The notes: a model not told the origin generated them from the letters alone. A DNA stretch of 64,000 nucleotides from Gammaproteobacteria bacterium (GCA_028279275.1 JANQOB010000012.1:20203-84202), one strand, 5' to 3'. Positions 50,997-63,014 are shown, counted from the first letter of the stretch. Numbers and translations: made by a program.

Positions 50997-51704
50997 ATGA
51001 ATATTTTTGCTGAAATTCGTTGTATTACTTTTGATTTGGATGACACTTTATGGCCTTGTGAGCCTACTATTCTTAATGCGGAAAATGCTTTATACAATTG
51101 GCTAACCGAAAATTACTCAAAAATTAGCCAACAATTTTCGTTTGAAGAAATTAAAGAGCATCGCGTGGATTTTGCTAATCGAAATACGCATTTAGCGCAT
51201 GACGTAACAGCACTGCGAAGAGAGTCTTTGCTTGAATTGGCAAAAAAGTTTGAATATCCATTACATATGGCCGACGATGGTTTAGCATTGTTTAGAAAAC
51301 ATAGAAACCGAGTCAGTTTTTTCTCTGATGCATTACCCACTCTCAGCGAACTTGCTAAGCACTACAAGCTTGGTGCGATTACAAATGGTAATGCAGATTT
51401 AGAATCAATTGGCGTAAAAGAATATTTTGATTTTATTGTAACCGCTCAAGAAGCAGGTGTTGCAAAGCCGGATGAAAAAATATTTAGTTATGCCCAAAAT
51501 AAAACCAATCTCGCATGTAATCAGTTTATTTATGTAGGCGACCATCCTACGATTGATATGCTGGGTTGTATAAAAAGTGGCTGGAGATCGCTTTGGTTTA
51601 ATCCTGAGAAAAATCCGTGGCCAGACGATGAACTACATCGAGAATTTCAGCCTGATGCGGAAATACAAAAACTAAGCCAATTACCGGAATTATTAAAAAT
51701 TTAA
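50997..51704 (+). CDS. HAD-superfamily hydrolase (YigB-like)
   Basis: FDLDDTLW, ITNGN, AKPD, YVGDH. Confidence 0.9.
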   Translation: MNIFAEIRCITFDLDDTLWPCEPTILNAENALYNWLTENYSKISQQFSFEEIKEHRVDFANRNTHLAHDVTALRRESLLELAKKFEYPLHMADDGLALFRKHRNRVSFFSDALPTLSELAKHYKLGAITNGNADLESIGVKEYFDFIVTAQEAGVAKPDEKIFSYAQNKTNLACNQFIYVGDHPTIDMLGCIKSGWRSLWFNPEKNPWPDDELHREFQPDAEIQKLSQLPELLKI

Positions 51705-51727
51705 AAGTTAGTATTAAGGAGCAAGAA

Positions 51728-52063
51728 ATGTCTGAAAACACTCCAGACCTGGAAGAAAGAGTAAGAAAACTAGAACGAATTATGTTTACTATGCGTATAG
51801 CAATCATTGTTATTGTCGGATTTATGATGTACGACGCTCTATCACCAGATACTGGTTCAGATGTCATTTTTGCAGATAAAATTAAGTCTAGAGCTTTTGT
51901 ATTACTGGGCGCTGGTGATCAACCAGTAGGATATTGGGATGACAAAGATAACAATGGCTTTAAGATGTATTCAAAACAAGGCAATCATGTTTTGTTAAAA
52001 CCTGAAGCACTTACTTTTTATGAAGATAAGTTAAACCCAGAGGTCAAATCTCAATATGATTAA
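51728..52063 (+). CDS. Hypothetical single-pass membrane protein
   Basis: AAGGAG RBS; short coiled coil LEERVRKLER followed by a TM helix. Confidence 0.8.
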   Translation: MSENTPDLEERVRKLERIMFTMRIAIIVIVGFMMYDALSPDTGSDVIFADKIKSRAFVLLGAGDQPVGYWDDKDNNGFKMYSKQGNHVLLKPEALTFYEDKLNPEVKSQYD

Positions 52064-52091
52064 AAAATTACATTAGTCACAATTGGTTTTT

Positions 52092-53594
52092 TTAATCAAT
52101 TTTTTCGCCATATTTCTTTTTATGTAGCGTCTTAGATTGACTCACCCATTTATCTCGATTGATGCGATCCGGGAAACTACCTAAAGTTTCAGCTAAAGTT
52201 TTAATATCATCTTTAGTTAGTCGGCCAAGTTGCTCATAAGAGTATACGCCAAAGTCGTTTAGTTTACTCTCCATTACAGGGCCAATCCCTTTAACAACTT
52301 TTAAATCATCTTTAACTTTTGCTGCCGCAATCTTTAATCCTTTGGCTGGGGCTTTCAAGCCCGTTGCTGGTTTACTTTTCGTTTTTTCAACTTTTTTTGC
52401 AGCTTTTTTAACAGTTCGTTTCTGACGTTGTGGCTGTGCAGTTATGCGATTTATTTTACTTTTAAATGCTTCAATTGTTTGCTCATGTTCACGCAACATG
52501 GCTAAGTCGAGTTTAGACGACTGCAATTCACTTTCAAGCTCAGTCATTTTAGATTTATATTCCTGGACCACAGTTGCGCTTGAAGCCTGAGCGCGGCTTT
52601 CGGCAGTGCGTAATTGTTCACGTAAGTCATCAATGACTGCATCCTTTTCTTCACAAGTGTCCACGAATACGCGTTCTTTTTCGCTTGCTTCAAGTTTAAC
52701 TTCATTTATTTGTTTATATGTTCGACCAAGTACAGTATTTTTAGAAGTGCCAAGTAATCGAACTTTGTCCATAAAGCGATTAAATTTAGTGTCTTGCCCA
52801 GGCATTTCACCTTCTAAAGGTGTGAGCTGGTCAATTCGATTTTGTAGTTGGACTAAAGTTTCTTGGTTGCGAGTATTTTGTTCGGCCAAGTCTTTAGCGC
52901 GAAGTTTTTGTAGCTCATTTATCTCAGTTTGTGACTTGTTCTGTAAGTCATATAGCTGTGCTTTAGCTTCATTAAGTTGTTTTTTGATTTCAGGATTCAT
53001 TAAAGATCGGTCTTGCCTCCACTTTGATTGAATTTGACTGATCATGCCATATAGACCTTTCATGTCATTTTCAGAAATAGTTACTTTGTCATTGAGCCGA
53101 TGTACTTTATCGATCATGTCATCAAGCATAAATTTAAAAGACTCTTGATCTGTGACTCGTTTATTGAGCCGTTTTATTTTTTGATTTGCGTCTTCATGTA
53201 AATCAGCATAATGGCAAGCAAGATGTTCGAAATCATTGCGTTCACCAAGTGTTTGTTGATACATGCCTTGGACTTTTTTTAACCAAGCTTGATGAATAGG
53301 TAATTGCTTGGCTTTTTTAAGTGTGGTTTGCCACCGTGAAGTCATCAACATTAACTCACCACTTTGGTGGTCATATTGCGCTTGAATGTTGTCGCGCTGA
53401 GTTTTATAGCTGGCAGCTTGTTTATTGGCTTCTTCTAACTCACCTGCTTGTGTTTTAATTTTATTTTCTAAGTCGGTGCGTAATTCGGCTAAATCACGGT
53501 TACATGTGTGTCGGCGGATAAGCCACCCCACAACTACACCTAGTGCTGCTGCCGCTGCTAAATAGCCTAATAATTCATTTAATAAATAGCTCAT
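52092..53594 (-). CDS. Membrane-anchored coiled-coil protein with C-terminal helix-hairpin-helix (COG3743-like) domain
   Basis: N-terminal TM segment, long coiled-coil-like region, DDLKVVKGIGPVMESKLNDFGVYSYEQL...RINRDKWVSQ. Confidence 0.85.
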   Translation of the reverse strand: MSYLLNELLGYLAAAAALGVVVGWLIRRHTCNRDLAELRTDLENKIKTQAGELEEANKQAASYKTQRDNIQAQYDHQSGELMLMTSRWQTTLKKAKQLPIHQAWLKKVQGMYQQTLGERNDFEHLACHYADLHEDANQKIKRLNKRVTDQESFKFMLDDMIDKVHRLNDKVTISENDMKGLYGMISQIQSKWRQDRSLMNPEIKKQLNEAKAQLYDLQNKSQTEINELQKLRAKDLAEQNTRNQETLVQLQNRIDQLTPLEGEMPGQDTKFNRFMDKVRLLGTSKNTVLGRTYKQINEVKLEASEKERVFVDTCEEKDAVIDDLREQLRTAESRAQASSATVVQEYKSKMTELESELQSSKLDLAMLREHEQTIEAFKSKINRITAQPQRQKRTVKKAAKKVEKTKSKPATGLKAPAKGLKIAAAKVKDDLKVVKGIGPVMESKLNDFGVYSYEQLGRLTKDDIKTLAETLGSFPDRINRDKWVSQSKTLHKKKYGEKID

Positions 53595-53645
53595 AGTTAT
53601 GGTCTCTTATTTATATTGTTTTATTTCTTAAATGTTTCAAGATTA

Positions 53646-54452
53646 TTATTGTATTCGGGAAATTGCGAACTCTATGCGACGGTTTTGCGCTCGCCCTTCG
53701 ACTGAGTCATTTGATGCTATCGGTGATGTATCACCAAAACCCGTTGCAGTCAGTCTTTCGGGTTGAATGCCATTGCTGCTAAGATAATCTAATACAGACT
53801 GCGCGCGTTGTTGGCTCAAATGCAAATTCAGTTCATCATCACCAACATTATCAGTATGGCCTTCAACAGCGACACTAAACTCTTTATGTTCATTTAACAC
53901 GCTAACTACATCATTAAGAATTAGCTTACCTTTTTCGGTGATTTCGTCACTGCCGAATAAAAAAGTGATTCCAGAAAGATCCAAGGTTTGTAGCAACTCC
54001 TCCACGACTTCTTCTTGGGCAGTTTCTATCTCAGACTCAGGAGCCACAGCAACTTCTGGTTCGGCCTCCGGCTCAAAATCTGGGAGTGGCTCAAGCTTAG
54101 GTTTCATGACTACCTTTGGTTTCGTCATTTCAGGTTCTGCTTTTGCTATAACTAGCTGATTGTCCACAGTTCTGATGCCTGGCATGGCTGTAATAATTTG
54201 TTCAATTTCATCTGAGCGACTTTGGCTCGCGACAGCCCCTGTTAGCGTAGCATCACGGCCATCTATGTTGACAATAGCGTTGCCGATTTGATTTTCCTTT
54301 AAAAGCTGATTGCTTTTTAAGCTCAAGTCATTTTGTATGTGCTCGGCTTTACTATCTTTGGTATACCAATACAAAGCGATAAATCCAATCAAGCCAAGTA
54401 TGAGAGGAAGTAATATGCCAAGAGTAAAACTATTCGTGCGTTGATCCGTCAT
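53646..54452 (-). CDS. BON + OmpA-like peptidoglycan-binding protein
   Basis: TM helix, DGRDATLTG...VDNQL (BON), Pro/Glu linker, EGHTD...LSQQRA...NRRIE (OmpA_C). Confidence 0.9.
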   Translation of the reverse strand: MTDQRTNSFTLGILLPLILGLIGFIALYWYTKDSKAEHIQNDLSLKSNQLLKENQIGNAIVNIDGRDATLTGAVASQSRSDEIEQIITAMPGIRTVDNQLVIAKAEPEMTKPKVVMKPKLEPLPDFEPEAEPEVAVAPESEIETAQEEVVEELLQTLDLSGITFLFGSDEITEKGKLILNDVVSVLNEHKEFSVAVEGHTDNVGDDELNLHLSQQRAQSVLDYLSSNGIQPERLTATGFGDTSPIASNDSVEGRAQNRRIEFAISRIQ

Positions 54453-54686
54453 GGTTGGAATCTGTTTTATAGTTTTAATTTGCTGAGAATCTATTCAAGG
54501 TTAGTATTGCTTGAACGTCGGCAATTCGCAAACAAAATTACATGAATAACGTTTATTTAGAGGTTTGGATGTGGGGTAAATTGAAAATTTACCCATATAA
54601 AATTTAAGGGATTGTAAAAGAAAGATGTAAAGCCCAATTTTTAGATATGTAAATGCTAGTTTTTCAAGTGGTTTAACATAACAGTT

Positions 54687-55148
54687 TCATGCGGAAGTAA
54701 ACTCTTCTGGGATGTGTTTATTCAGTTTAGTTATCAAGGCTATGAAATGTTTGTTCTCTGTCTTCGTGAGATCAGAAAACAGTTTACTGTATGCATGATC
54801 CATTACATCAATTCCAAGTTTGGCAATTTCTTCGCCTTTTAGGGTTAGCTTGATGTCTACTACTCTGCGATCGAATTGATTATGTGAACGCTCTATGCAA
54901 CCCCTATCTTCGAGTTGATCTAAATATCGGCTTACAGTTGCACGTTCTATCATTAGTTCCTCTGCAAGCTTGGCAGGCGTATGAATTACATTATTGGAAA
55001 TAACATTAATTAATCGCCATTGATTGAACTTAAGGCCATGACAATTCAACTCTTTATTTAGTTTTGTGCGTGCAAAGGAATTAAGCTTATCTGCAAACGA
55101 GATAATCATAGGTAAGGCCGAATGATTGGTACTATATTTTACGTTCAT
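54687..55148 (-). CDS. MarR family transcriptional regulator
   Basis: LAEELMIERATVSRYLDQLEDRG, DRR...LTLKG. Confidence 0.9.
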   Translation of the reverse strand: MNVKYSTNHSALPMIISFADKLNSFARTKLNKELNCHGLKFNQWRLINVISNNVIHTPAKLAEELMIERATVSRYLDQLEDRGCIERSHNQFDRRVVDIKLTLKGEEIAKLGIDVMDHAYSKLFSDLTKTENKHFIALITKLNKHIPEEFTSA

Positions 55149-55315
55149 ATGCTTCGATCAAGTAACTAGAATGAGTCAGTTACTTATTTTTAGCATAATC
55201 TTTGTATTTAAAGTGTTGCTAAAGTTTGAGATTACGATTGTTTACAGTTACGAATGTTCATAATTAACATTTGTTAACTATTACACCCTAGAATGGGAGT
55301 TCCTCTATACCACTG

Positions 55316-55346
55316 AGTAAATGGTGCCCCGAGTAAGAGTCGAACC
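55316..55346 (-). repeat. Direct repeat of the tRNA-Arg 3' end (att-like or pseudo-tRNA fragment)
   Basis: AGTAAATGGTGCCCCGAGTAAGAGTCGAACC matches 55430-55460 at 30 of 31 nt. Confidence 0.9.
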
Positions 55347-55349
55347 ACC

Positions 55350-55395
55350 CTTGCGCGTGGGGTACTCCGCGCAGATTAATTTATCGCGAAGCGAT
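55350..55395 (-). repeat. ~45-bp double-hairpin repeat, copy A (inverted)
   Basis: Reverse complement ATCGCTTCGCGATAAATTAATCTGCGCGGAGTACCCCACGCGCAAG resembles copies B and C. Confidence 0.7.
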
Positions 55396-55435
55396 TCATT
55401 AGCTATGCAGGGGTTTATTCGAGATGATAAGTAAA

Positions 55436-55512
55436 TGGTGCCCCGAGTAGGAGTCGAACCTACGACCTTCCCCTTAGGAGGGGGACGCTCTATCCAGCTG
55501 AGCTATCGGGGC
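55436..55512 (-). tRNA. tRNA-Arg (CCT)
   Basis: GCCCCGA acceptor stem, loop with CCT anticodon, GGTTCGACTCC T-arm, encoded CCA; 77 nt. Confidence 0.97.
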
Positions 55513-55589
55513 AGGTCACATCCATAAATCTAATTATGACTGTATTGGGATATGTAACTTATCATCTTTAGCTAATTGAGAGAAAAGGT

Positions 55590-55634
55590 GTCGCTACGCT
55601 ACAATTTAATTTGCGTGGAATACCCACTCGCAAA
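55590..55634 (+). repeat. ~45-bp double-hairpin repeat, copy B
   Basis: GTCGCTACGCTACAATTTAATTTGCGTGGAATACCCACTCGCAAA. Confidence 0.8.
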
Positions 55635-55698
55635 AGATTATCTAAAGCCATAGTCAGTGCTATTCACAGTTGCTATGTGCTAGGTAACTCAAATTTGT

Positions 55699-55743
55699 GT
55701 CGCTACGCGACCACTAAACTTGCGAGTAATACCCACTCGCAAG
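55699..55743 (+). repeat. ~45-bp double-hairpin repeat, copy C
   Basis: GTCGCTACGCGACCACTAAACTTGCGAGTAATACCCACTCGCAAG, 2 nt from the tRNA-Leu CCA. Confidence 0.8.
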
Positions 55744-55745
55744 TG

Positions 55746-55832
55746 TGGTGCCGAGGGAGAGAATCGAACTCTCACTCTGTTTCCAGAACCGGATTTTGAA
55801 TCCGGCGCGTCTACCAGTTCCGCCACCCCGGC
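55746..55832 (-). tRNA. tRNA-Leu (CAA)
   Basis: CCGGA-TTCAAAA-TCCGG anticodon arm, long variable arm, encoded CCA; 87 nt. Confidence 0.97.
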
Positions 55833-55928
55833 AAATTTGTGTTCAAATCAATGTCTAGTGTAGCGCAAATTGCTAAGCTAGTAACAAATTGCCTAATAAT
55901 TACAAAAACATTTTTTAGAACACTTCAC

Positions 55929-58077
<2,149 letters not shown>

Positions 58078-58111
58078 TACGCCGCTTCATATTGAATCAG
58101 TACTCAGCACT

Positions 58112-58438
58112 ATGTTTTTAATTTCAGACGCAATGGCCGAAGGCGCGGCTGCACAGGGGGGTGGCGGAATAGAATTATTTGTCATGATCGGAATTTTCTT
58201 TGCCATCATGTATTTCATGATTATTCGCCCACAGTCAAAGCGTCAAAAAGAACATCAAAAACTCATAGGTTCACTTTCTAAAGGAGACGAGGTAGAAACT
58301 ACCGGCGGTATGTTGGGAAAAATTATAAATGTGGGTGATAACGCACTGCAAATAGAAGTTTCAGAGGGTGTAATTATCAAATTACAAAAAAATTCAATTT
58401 CCAAAGTGTTGCCGAAAGGCTCGCTTAAACAGGATTGA
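58112..58438 (+). CDS. yajC: Preprotein translocase subunit YajC
   Basis: YFMIIRPQSKR, KGDEV.T.GG. Confidence 0.96.
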   Translation: MFLISDAMAEGAAAQGGGGIELFVMIGIFFAIMYFMIIRPQSKRQKEHQKLIGSLSKGDEVETTGGMLGKIINVGDNALQIEVSEGVIIKLQKNSISKVLPKGSLKQD

Positions 58439-58488
58439 AAATCTTTATCTCATTCACACTATTCAATAGCAAGGCAAAGTAAAGAGCT

Positions 58489-60357
58489 ATGATTCCAATG
58501 AATCATTATCCATTGTGGAAGTATCTGCTGATTTTATTCATTGTTTCAGCAGCAGCGTTATACGCTTTGCCAAATTTATATCCGAATGTTCCAGCGGTGC
58601 AAGTCTCTCACGAATCAGGAGAATTAGCTGACACAACTTTAGGCACCTTAAAAGAAGCGTTACAAAAAGAAAACGTTAAAATTCAAGGTGAGGAAGAACA
58701 AGATAATCGCATTCTGCTGCGATTTGAAAATACAGAAAAACAACTTCAAGCATCTGAAATCGCAAAAGATACCTTAGACGGTCAGCATGTAGTGGCATTA
58801 AATTTAGCGCCTGCAACGCCAAAATGGCTGCGTGCATTGGGTGCGTCGCCTATGAATCTAGGTTTAGATCTGCGTGGCGGGGTTCATTTCTTACTACAAG
58901 TTGATATGAAGGCTGCTAAACAAAAAGCTTTGAACAATTATGTATCCTCATTTCGTACTTCACTGAGAGAAGCAGATTTACGACGTTTTTCAGTTTCGCA
59001 AGATAACGCTCAATTGAATATTAAGTTTCGTGATGCAGAAAGTGGTGCAAAAGGTCTCGCGACATTGCAAAAAGAATACGCAGATGAATTAACTTTTGAA
59101 GAAAATGCTGACGATGATGATTATTTTATTACCGGGGAAATTAGTGAAGATGCATTGAGGGAAATACAAAGTCTAGCGATTCAACAAAATATTCAAACCT
59201 TACGTAATCGTGTAAATGAATTGGGGGTAGCAGAGCCGGTTATCCAGCAACAAGGTGCTGAGCGTATTGTGGTGCAGTTACCTGGTGTACAAGATACGGC
59301 GCAAGCCAAAGAAATATTAGGTGCTACCGCAACTGTCGAATTTAGACTTGTTGACGAACAAAATGATCCTTTTGCCGCTGCTGAAACAGGTAGAGTACCG
59401 GTAGGTTCAGTTCTTTATTATGAGCGTGATAGCAAAAATCCAATTTTGCTCAAGCGTAATGTGATGCTTACGGGTGACAGAATTATCAATGCAAACTCAG
59501 GCTTTGATGAAAACGGCAGGCCTGCAGCGATTATCACCTTAGATGGGCAGGGCGCCAGTCGATTTAGCAAAGTTACATCAGAGAATATTAAAAAACTTAT
59601 GGCGGTTGTCTTTATTGATAATAAAACAGTTATTGTCAATAAAGATGGTGAAAAAGTTAGGAAAACAATTAGATCAGAAGAAGTAATTAATGTTGCACGT
59701 ATTCAAGAGCAACTCAGTAAGCGTTTTCAAATCGAAGGGTTGGATTCAACACATGAAGCATTAAAACTATCGTTATTATTACGTGCCGGCGCCTTAGCTG
59801 CCCCTGTAGAGATTGTTGAAGAGCGCACAGTAGGCCCAAGTCTTGGGCAGGAAAATATTCGCCTCGGTAAAAAGTCAATTTTAATTGGTTTAGTGCTAGT
59901 GATGATTTTCATGCTGATCTATTACCGCATGTTTGGAATCGCAGCAAATGTTGCCCTAGCGGCAAACTTGGTTTTGATAATTGGCATTATGTCACTTATA
60001 CCTGGAGCCACTCTTACACTCCCAGGCATAGCAGGTATTGTGCTAACGGTGGGTATGGCGGTAGATGCCAATGTGCTTATATTTGAGCGTATTCGTGAGG
60101 AACTGAAAAATGGTAATTCACCTCAGGCGAGTATTCATGCTGGTTATGCAAAGGCACTGTCTACTATTGCTGATGCAAATATTACGACTTTAATTGCAGC
60201 AGTAGTGTTATTTATTTTTGGTACAGGACCGATCAAAGGTTTTGCAGTGACATTATCCATTGGAATTGTATGTTCAATGTTTACTGCAATTATGGGTACA
60301 CGAGCTTTAGTGAATTTATTTTATGGAAATAAGAAAACGCCGTCGCTTGCTATTTAG
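58489..60357 (+). CDS. secD: Protein translocase subunit SecD
   Basis: LGLDLRGG, RVNELGVAEP, GMAVDANVLIFERIREE. Confidence 0.98.
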   Translation: MIPMNHYPLWKYLLILFIVSAAALYALPNLYPNVPAVQVSHESGELADTTLGTLKEALQKENVKIQGEEEQDNRILLRFENTEKQLQASEIAKDTLDGQHVVALNLAPATPKWLRALGASPMNLGLDLRGGVHFLLQVDMKAAKQKALNNYVSSFRTSLREADLRRFSVSQDNAQLNIKFRDAESGAKGLATLQKEYADELTFEENADDDDYFITGEISEDALREIQSLAIQQNIQTLRNRVNELGVAEPVIQQQGAERIVVQLPGVQDTAQAKEILGATATVEFRLVDEQNDPFAAAETGRVPVGSVLYYERDSKNPILLKRNVMLTGDRIINANSGFDENGRPAAIITLDGQGASRFSKVTSENIKKLMAVVFIDNKTVIVNKDGEKVRKTIRSEEVINVARIQEQLSKRFQIEGLDSTHEALKLSLLLRAGALAAPVEIVEERTVGPSLGQENIRLGKKSILIGLVLVMIFMLIYYRMFGIAANVALAANLVLIIGIMSLIPGATLTLPGIAGIVLTVGMAVDANVLIFERIREELKNGNSPQASIHAGYAKALSTIADANITTLIAAVVLFIFGTGPIKGFAVTLSIGIVCSMFTAIMGTRALVNLFYGNKKTPSLAI

Positions 60358-60370
60358 GTAAATCAAAAAA

Positions 60371-61309
60371 ATGCAGCTTTTAAAAGACAACTTAAAAATT
60401 GATTTTATGGGTAAGCGCAAGCTTGCTTTGGTTTTGTCTTTAGTGTTGATCGTTGTTTCAATTGCTGCGATTACAATGCGCGGGTTAAATTTAGGTATTG
60501 ATTTTACCGGTGGCACATTAGTTGAAGTAGGTTATGAAGGTTCGGTTGAACTGGAGCCGGTAAGGCAGGCCCTGTTTAGTAGCGGCTTTGATGATGCCAT
60601 TGTGCAGCATTTTGGCACCTCCAAAGATGTGCTTATCCGTTTACCGGTAGCCGATCAAGACGAAGACAAGGCTCAGTTAAGTAACAACGTATTAGATGCA
60701 CTTGCGTCAACCGGTGCACCAGAAATGCGCCGAGTAGAGTTTGTTGGCCCTCAAGTAGGAGATGAATTGCGCGACAAAGGTGGCTTAGCCATGTTATACG
60801 CATTAGTCGGAATCTTAGTCTATGTATGGCTTCGATTTGAAATCCGATTTTCAGCAGGATCCATTGCGGCTTTGGTGCATGATGTTATTTTAGTGGTTGG
60901 TTTTTTTGCTCTTACGCAAGTTGAGTTTGACTTAACCGTGTTGGCTGCATTATTGGCTGTAATAGGTTACTCATTGAATGACACCATTGTGGTGTTTGAT
61001 CGCATAAGAGAAAATTTCAGACGCTTGCGAAAAGCGACCTCTAAGGAAGTTATCAATACTTCTATTAATCAAACCTTATCACGAACGTTAATGACATCAC
61101 TGACAACCCTATTGGTGCTTTTTGCTTTGTTTATATTTGGTGGTGAAGTTATTCATGCATTTTCAATTGCATTAATTGTAGGTGTAATAGTAGGAACTTA
61201 TTCTTCTATTTATGTTGCAAGCTCATCGTTACTTGCACTAAATGTAAGTAAAGAAGATTTAATGCAGCCAGAAGTGGAGACGGCTAACGAGGACGGTAGT
61301 CAAGTTTAA
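60371..61309 (+). CDS. secF: Protein translocase subunit SecF
   Basis: GIDFTGG, GYSLNDTIVVFDRIRE. Confidence 0.98.
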   Translation: MQLLKDNLKIDFMGKRKLALVLSLVLIVVSIAAITMRGLNLGIDFTGGTLVEVGYEGSVELEPVRQALFSSGFDDAIVQHFGTSKDVLIRLPVADQDEDKAQLSNNVLDALASTGAPEMRRVEFVGPQVGDELRDKGGLAMLYALVGILVYVWLRFEIRFSAGSIAALVHDVILVVGFFALTQVEFDLTVLAALLAVIGYSLNDTIVVFDRIRENFRRLRKATSKEVINTSINQTLSRTLMTSLTTLLVLFALFIFGGEVIHAFSIALIVGVIVGTYSSIYVASSSLLALNVSKEDLMQPEVETANEDGSQV

Positions 61310-62095
61310 CTATTTTTTGTTAAGCGCCTGTAAGATTAAGCGAAATAATTTCGCATTCGCTGCAACAATGTTTCCAGTTTCCATGTGAGTATGACTACCT
61401 TGAGTGTCGCCCACTAGTCCACCAGCTTCCTGAACGATTAGTGCCCCTGCAGCGATATCCCATGTATTGAGTCCAAATTCCCAAAATCCATCAACACGCC
61501 CGGCTGCAACATAAGCAAGATCAAGTGCGGCAGAACCTGCGCGACGTATTCCAGAAGTGTGTAGCATCAATTCTTTAAGTGATGCTAAGTAACGATCAAT
61601 GTTTTGATTTTCTCGAAACGGAAATCCGGTCGCCAGTAATGCGCCCTCTAAGTTTGTTAATTTGGAAACTCTTATTTTACGATCATTTAAAGATGCCCCA
61701 TTACCGCGTCCTGCGCAAAATAATTCATCTTTAAAGGGGTCATAAATAACACCAACTTCTAGTCGATTATTATGTTTTAAAGCGATAGAAACTGAATAAT
61801 GTGGGAAACCGCGCAAAAAATTAGTAGTTCCATCTAAAGGATCGATGATCCATTGAAATTCATCTTTGCTCTCTTTATTAATTTCACCACTTTCCTCTGC
61901 AAGAATTCCGTGATGTGGATATGCACGATGTATAATATTAATAATTTCTTGTTCTGCTTTAAGGTCAACTTCACTTACAAAGTCGTTTTTTTCTTTTGTC
62001 TGAATAGATAGTGAATGTATATGGGACATGTTGCGGGAAATAATTTTTCCAGCTTCACGAGCGGCTTCAATTGCGATATTTAAAGTGGCTTGCAT
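61310..62095 (-). CDS. suhB: Inositol monophosphatase / Nus factor SuhB
   Basis: WIIDPLDGTTNF, GSAALDL, WDIAAG. Confidence 0.95.
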   Translation of the reverse strand: MQATLNIAIEAAREAGKIISRNMSHIHSLSIQTKEKNDFVSEVDLKAEQEIINIIHRAYPHHGILAEESGEINKESKDEFQWIIDPLDGTTNFLRGFPHYSVSIALKHNNRLEVGVIYDPFKDELFCAGRGNGASLNDRKIRVSKLTNLEGALLATGFPFRENQNIDRYLASLKELMLHTSGIRRAGSAALDLAYVAAGRVDGFWEFGLNTWDIAAGALIVQEAGGLVGDTQGSHTHMETGNIVAANAKLFRLILQALNKK

Positions 62096-62187
62096 GCAGA
62101 GAATTTAATTATATGAAATGAATCATCAGCATAGCATTGAGCTATAAATAACGTATACACTCCTTATTCAGTAATTCTTGAACAGTA

Positions 62188-62943
62188 TTGCTTGTGAGCA
62201 CATCGCATAAAATTAAAATAGTTTTGGTAGAGCCATCGCATCCAGGCAATATTGGTGCAGCTGCACGAGCAGCAAAGACCATGTGCATTGAGAATTTGGT
62301 GTTAGTCAATCCAGCTGAATTTCCAAGTGGGCAAGCAAGGGCTCGAGCAACAGGAGCTTTAGATGTACTCGAACACGCTGTTGTGTGTGAGACATTGAAC
62401 GAAGCAATTGCAGATTGCATATTCGTGGTTGGATCAAGTGCACGATCACGTGGTTTGCAATGTCCGGACATCACGCCTGATGCTTTAGGTAAAAAAGTCT
62501 GGGAAGAGGTTGAACAAGGCAATGTTGCTATTGTATTTGGGCGCGAAAGCAGCGGTTTATCTAATGAAGAATTAGATCAATGCCATTTTCTAACAACAAT
62601 TCCGGCAAATTGGGAGTTTAGCTCATTGAACATTGCTTCTGCTGTTCAAGTAATTTGTTATGAGATACATAAAGCGTATTTAAATAAAATAAATAACAAC
62701 TCATTAATCGATTCCGCATCAGATTCAGATAAATTGGCGACTGCCAAAGAAGTAGAAAATTTGCTCGAACATATGCAACAAGTACTGTACGAAATTGAAT
62801 TTTTTGATCCCAAGCAGCCCAAGCTGCTCATGCGGCGGTTGCGCCAACTCTATAGCCGAGCGCGTCTAACTCAGGTAGAAACCAATATCCTTAGGGGTAT
62901 TCTTAGTGCAACACAAAAGTATCAACACGATTCCAAGAAGTAA
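62188..62943 (+). CDS. trmJ: tRNA (C32/U32-2'-O)-methyltransferase TrmJ
   Basis: HPGNIGAAARA, FGRESSGL, SLNIA, NILRGIL; between suhB and iscR; start may be GTG 62194. Confidence 0.93.
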   Translation: MLVSTSHKIKIVLVEPSHPGNIGAAARAAKTMCIENLVLVNPAEFPSGQARARATGALDVLEHAVVCETLNEAIADCIFVVGSSARSRGLQCPDITPDALGKKVWEEVEQGNVAIVFGRESSGLSNEELDQCHFLTTIPANWEFSSLNIASAVQVICYEIHKAYLNKINNNSLIDSASDSDKLATAKEVENLLEHMQQVLYEIEFFDPKQPKLLMRRLRQLYSRARLTQVETNILRGILSATQKYQHDSKK

Positions 62944-63014
62944 AACCTTAATATTTAAAGGGTTATACCTCCCTGTCTAAAGAGATAGTGTCGTTAAACG
63001 GCCACCTCTCTATA

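Noticed and set aside
54687-55315. MarR gene as cargo of a tRNA-integrated island
   Set aside because: It lies outside the duplicated att-like pair; I found no further att copy or integrase.
55316-55743. CRISPR array
   Set aside because: Only 2-3 degenerate units in mixed orientation with irregular spacing, tied to tRNAs; no cas genes.
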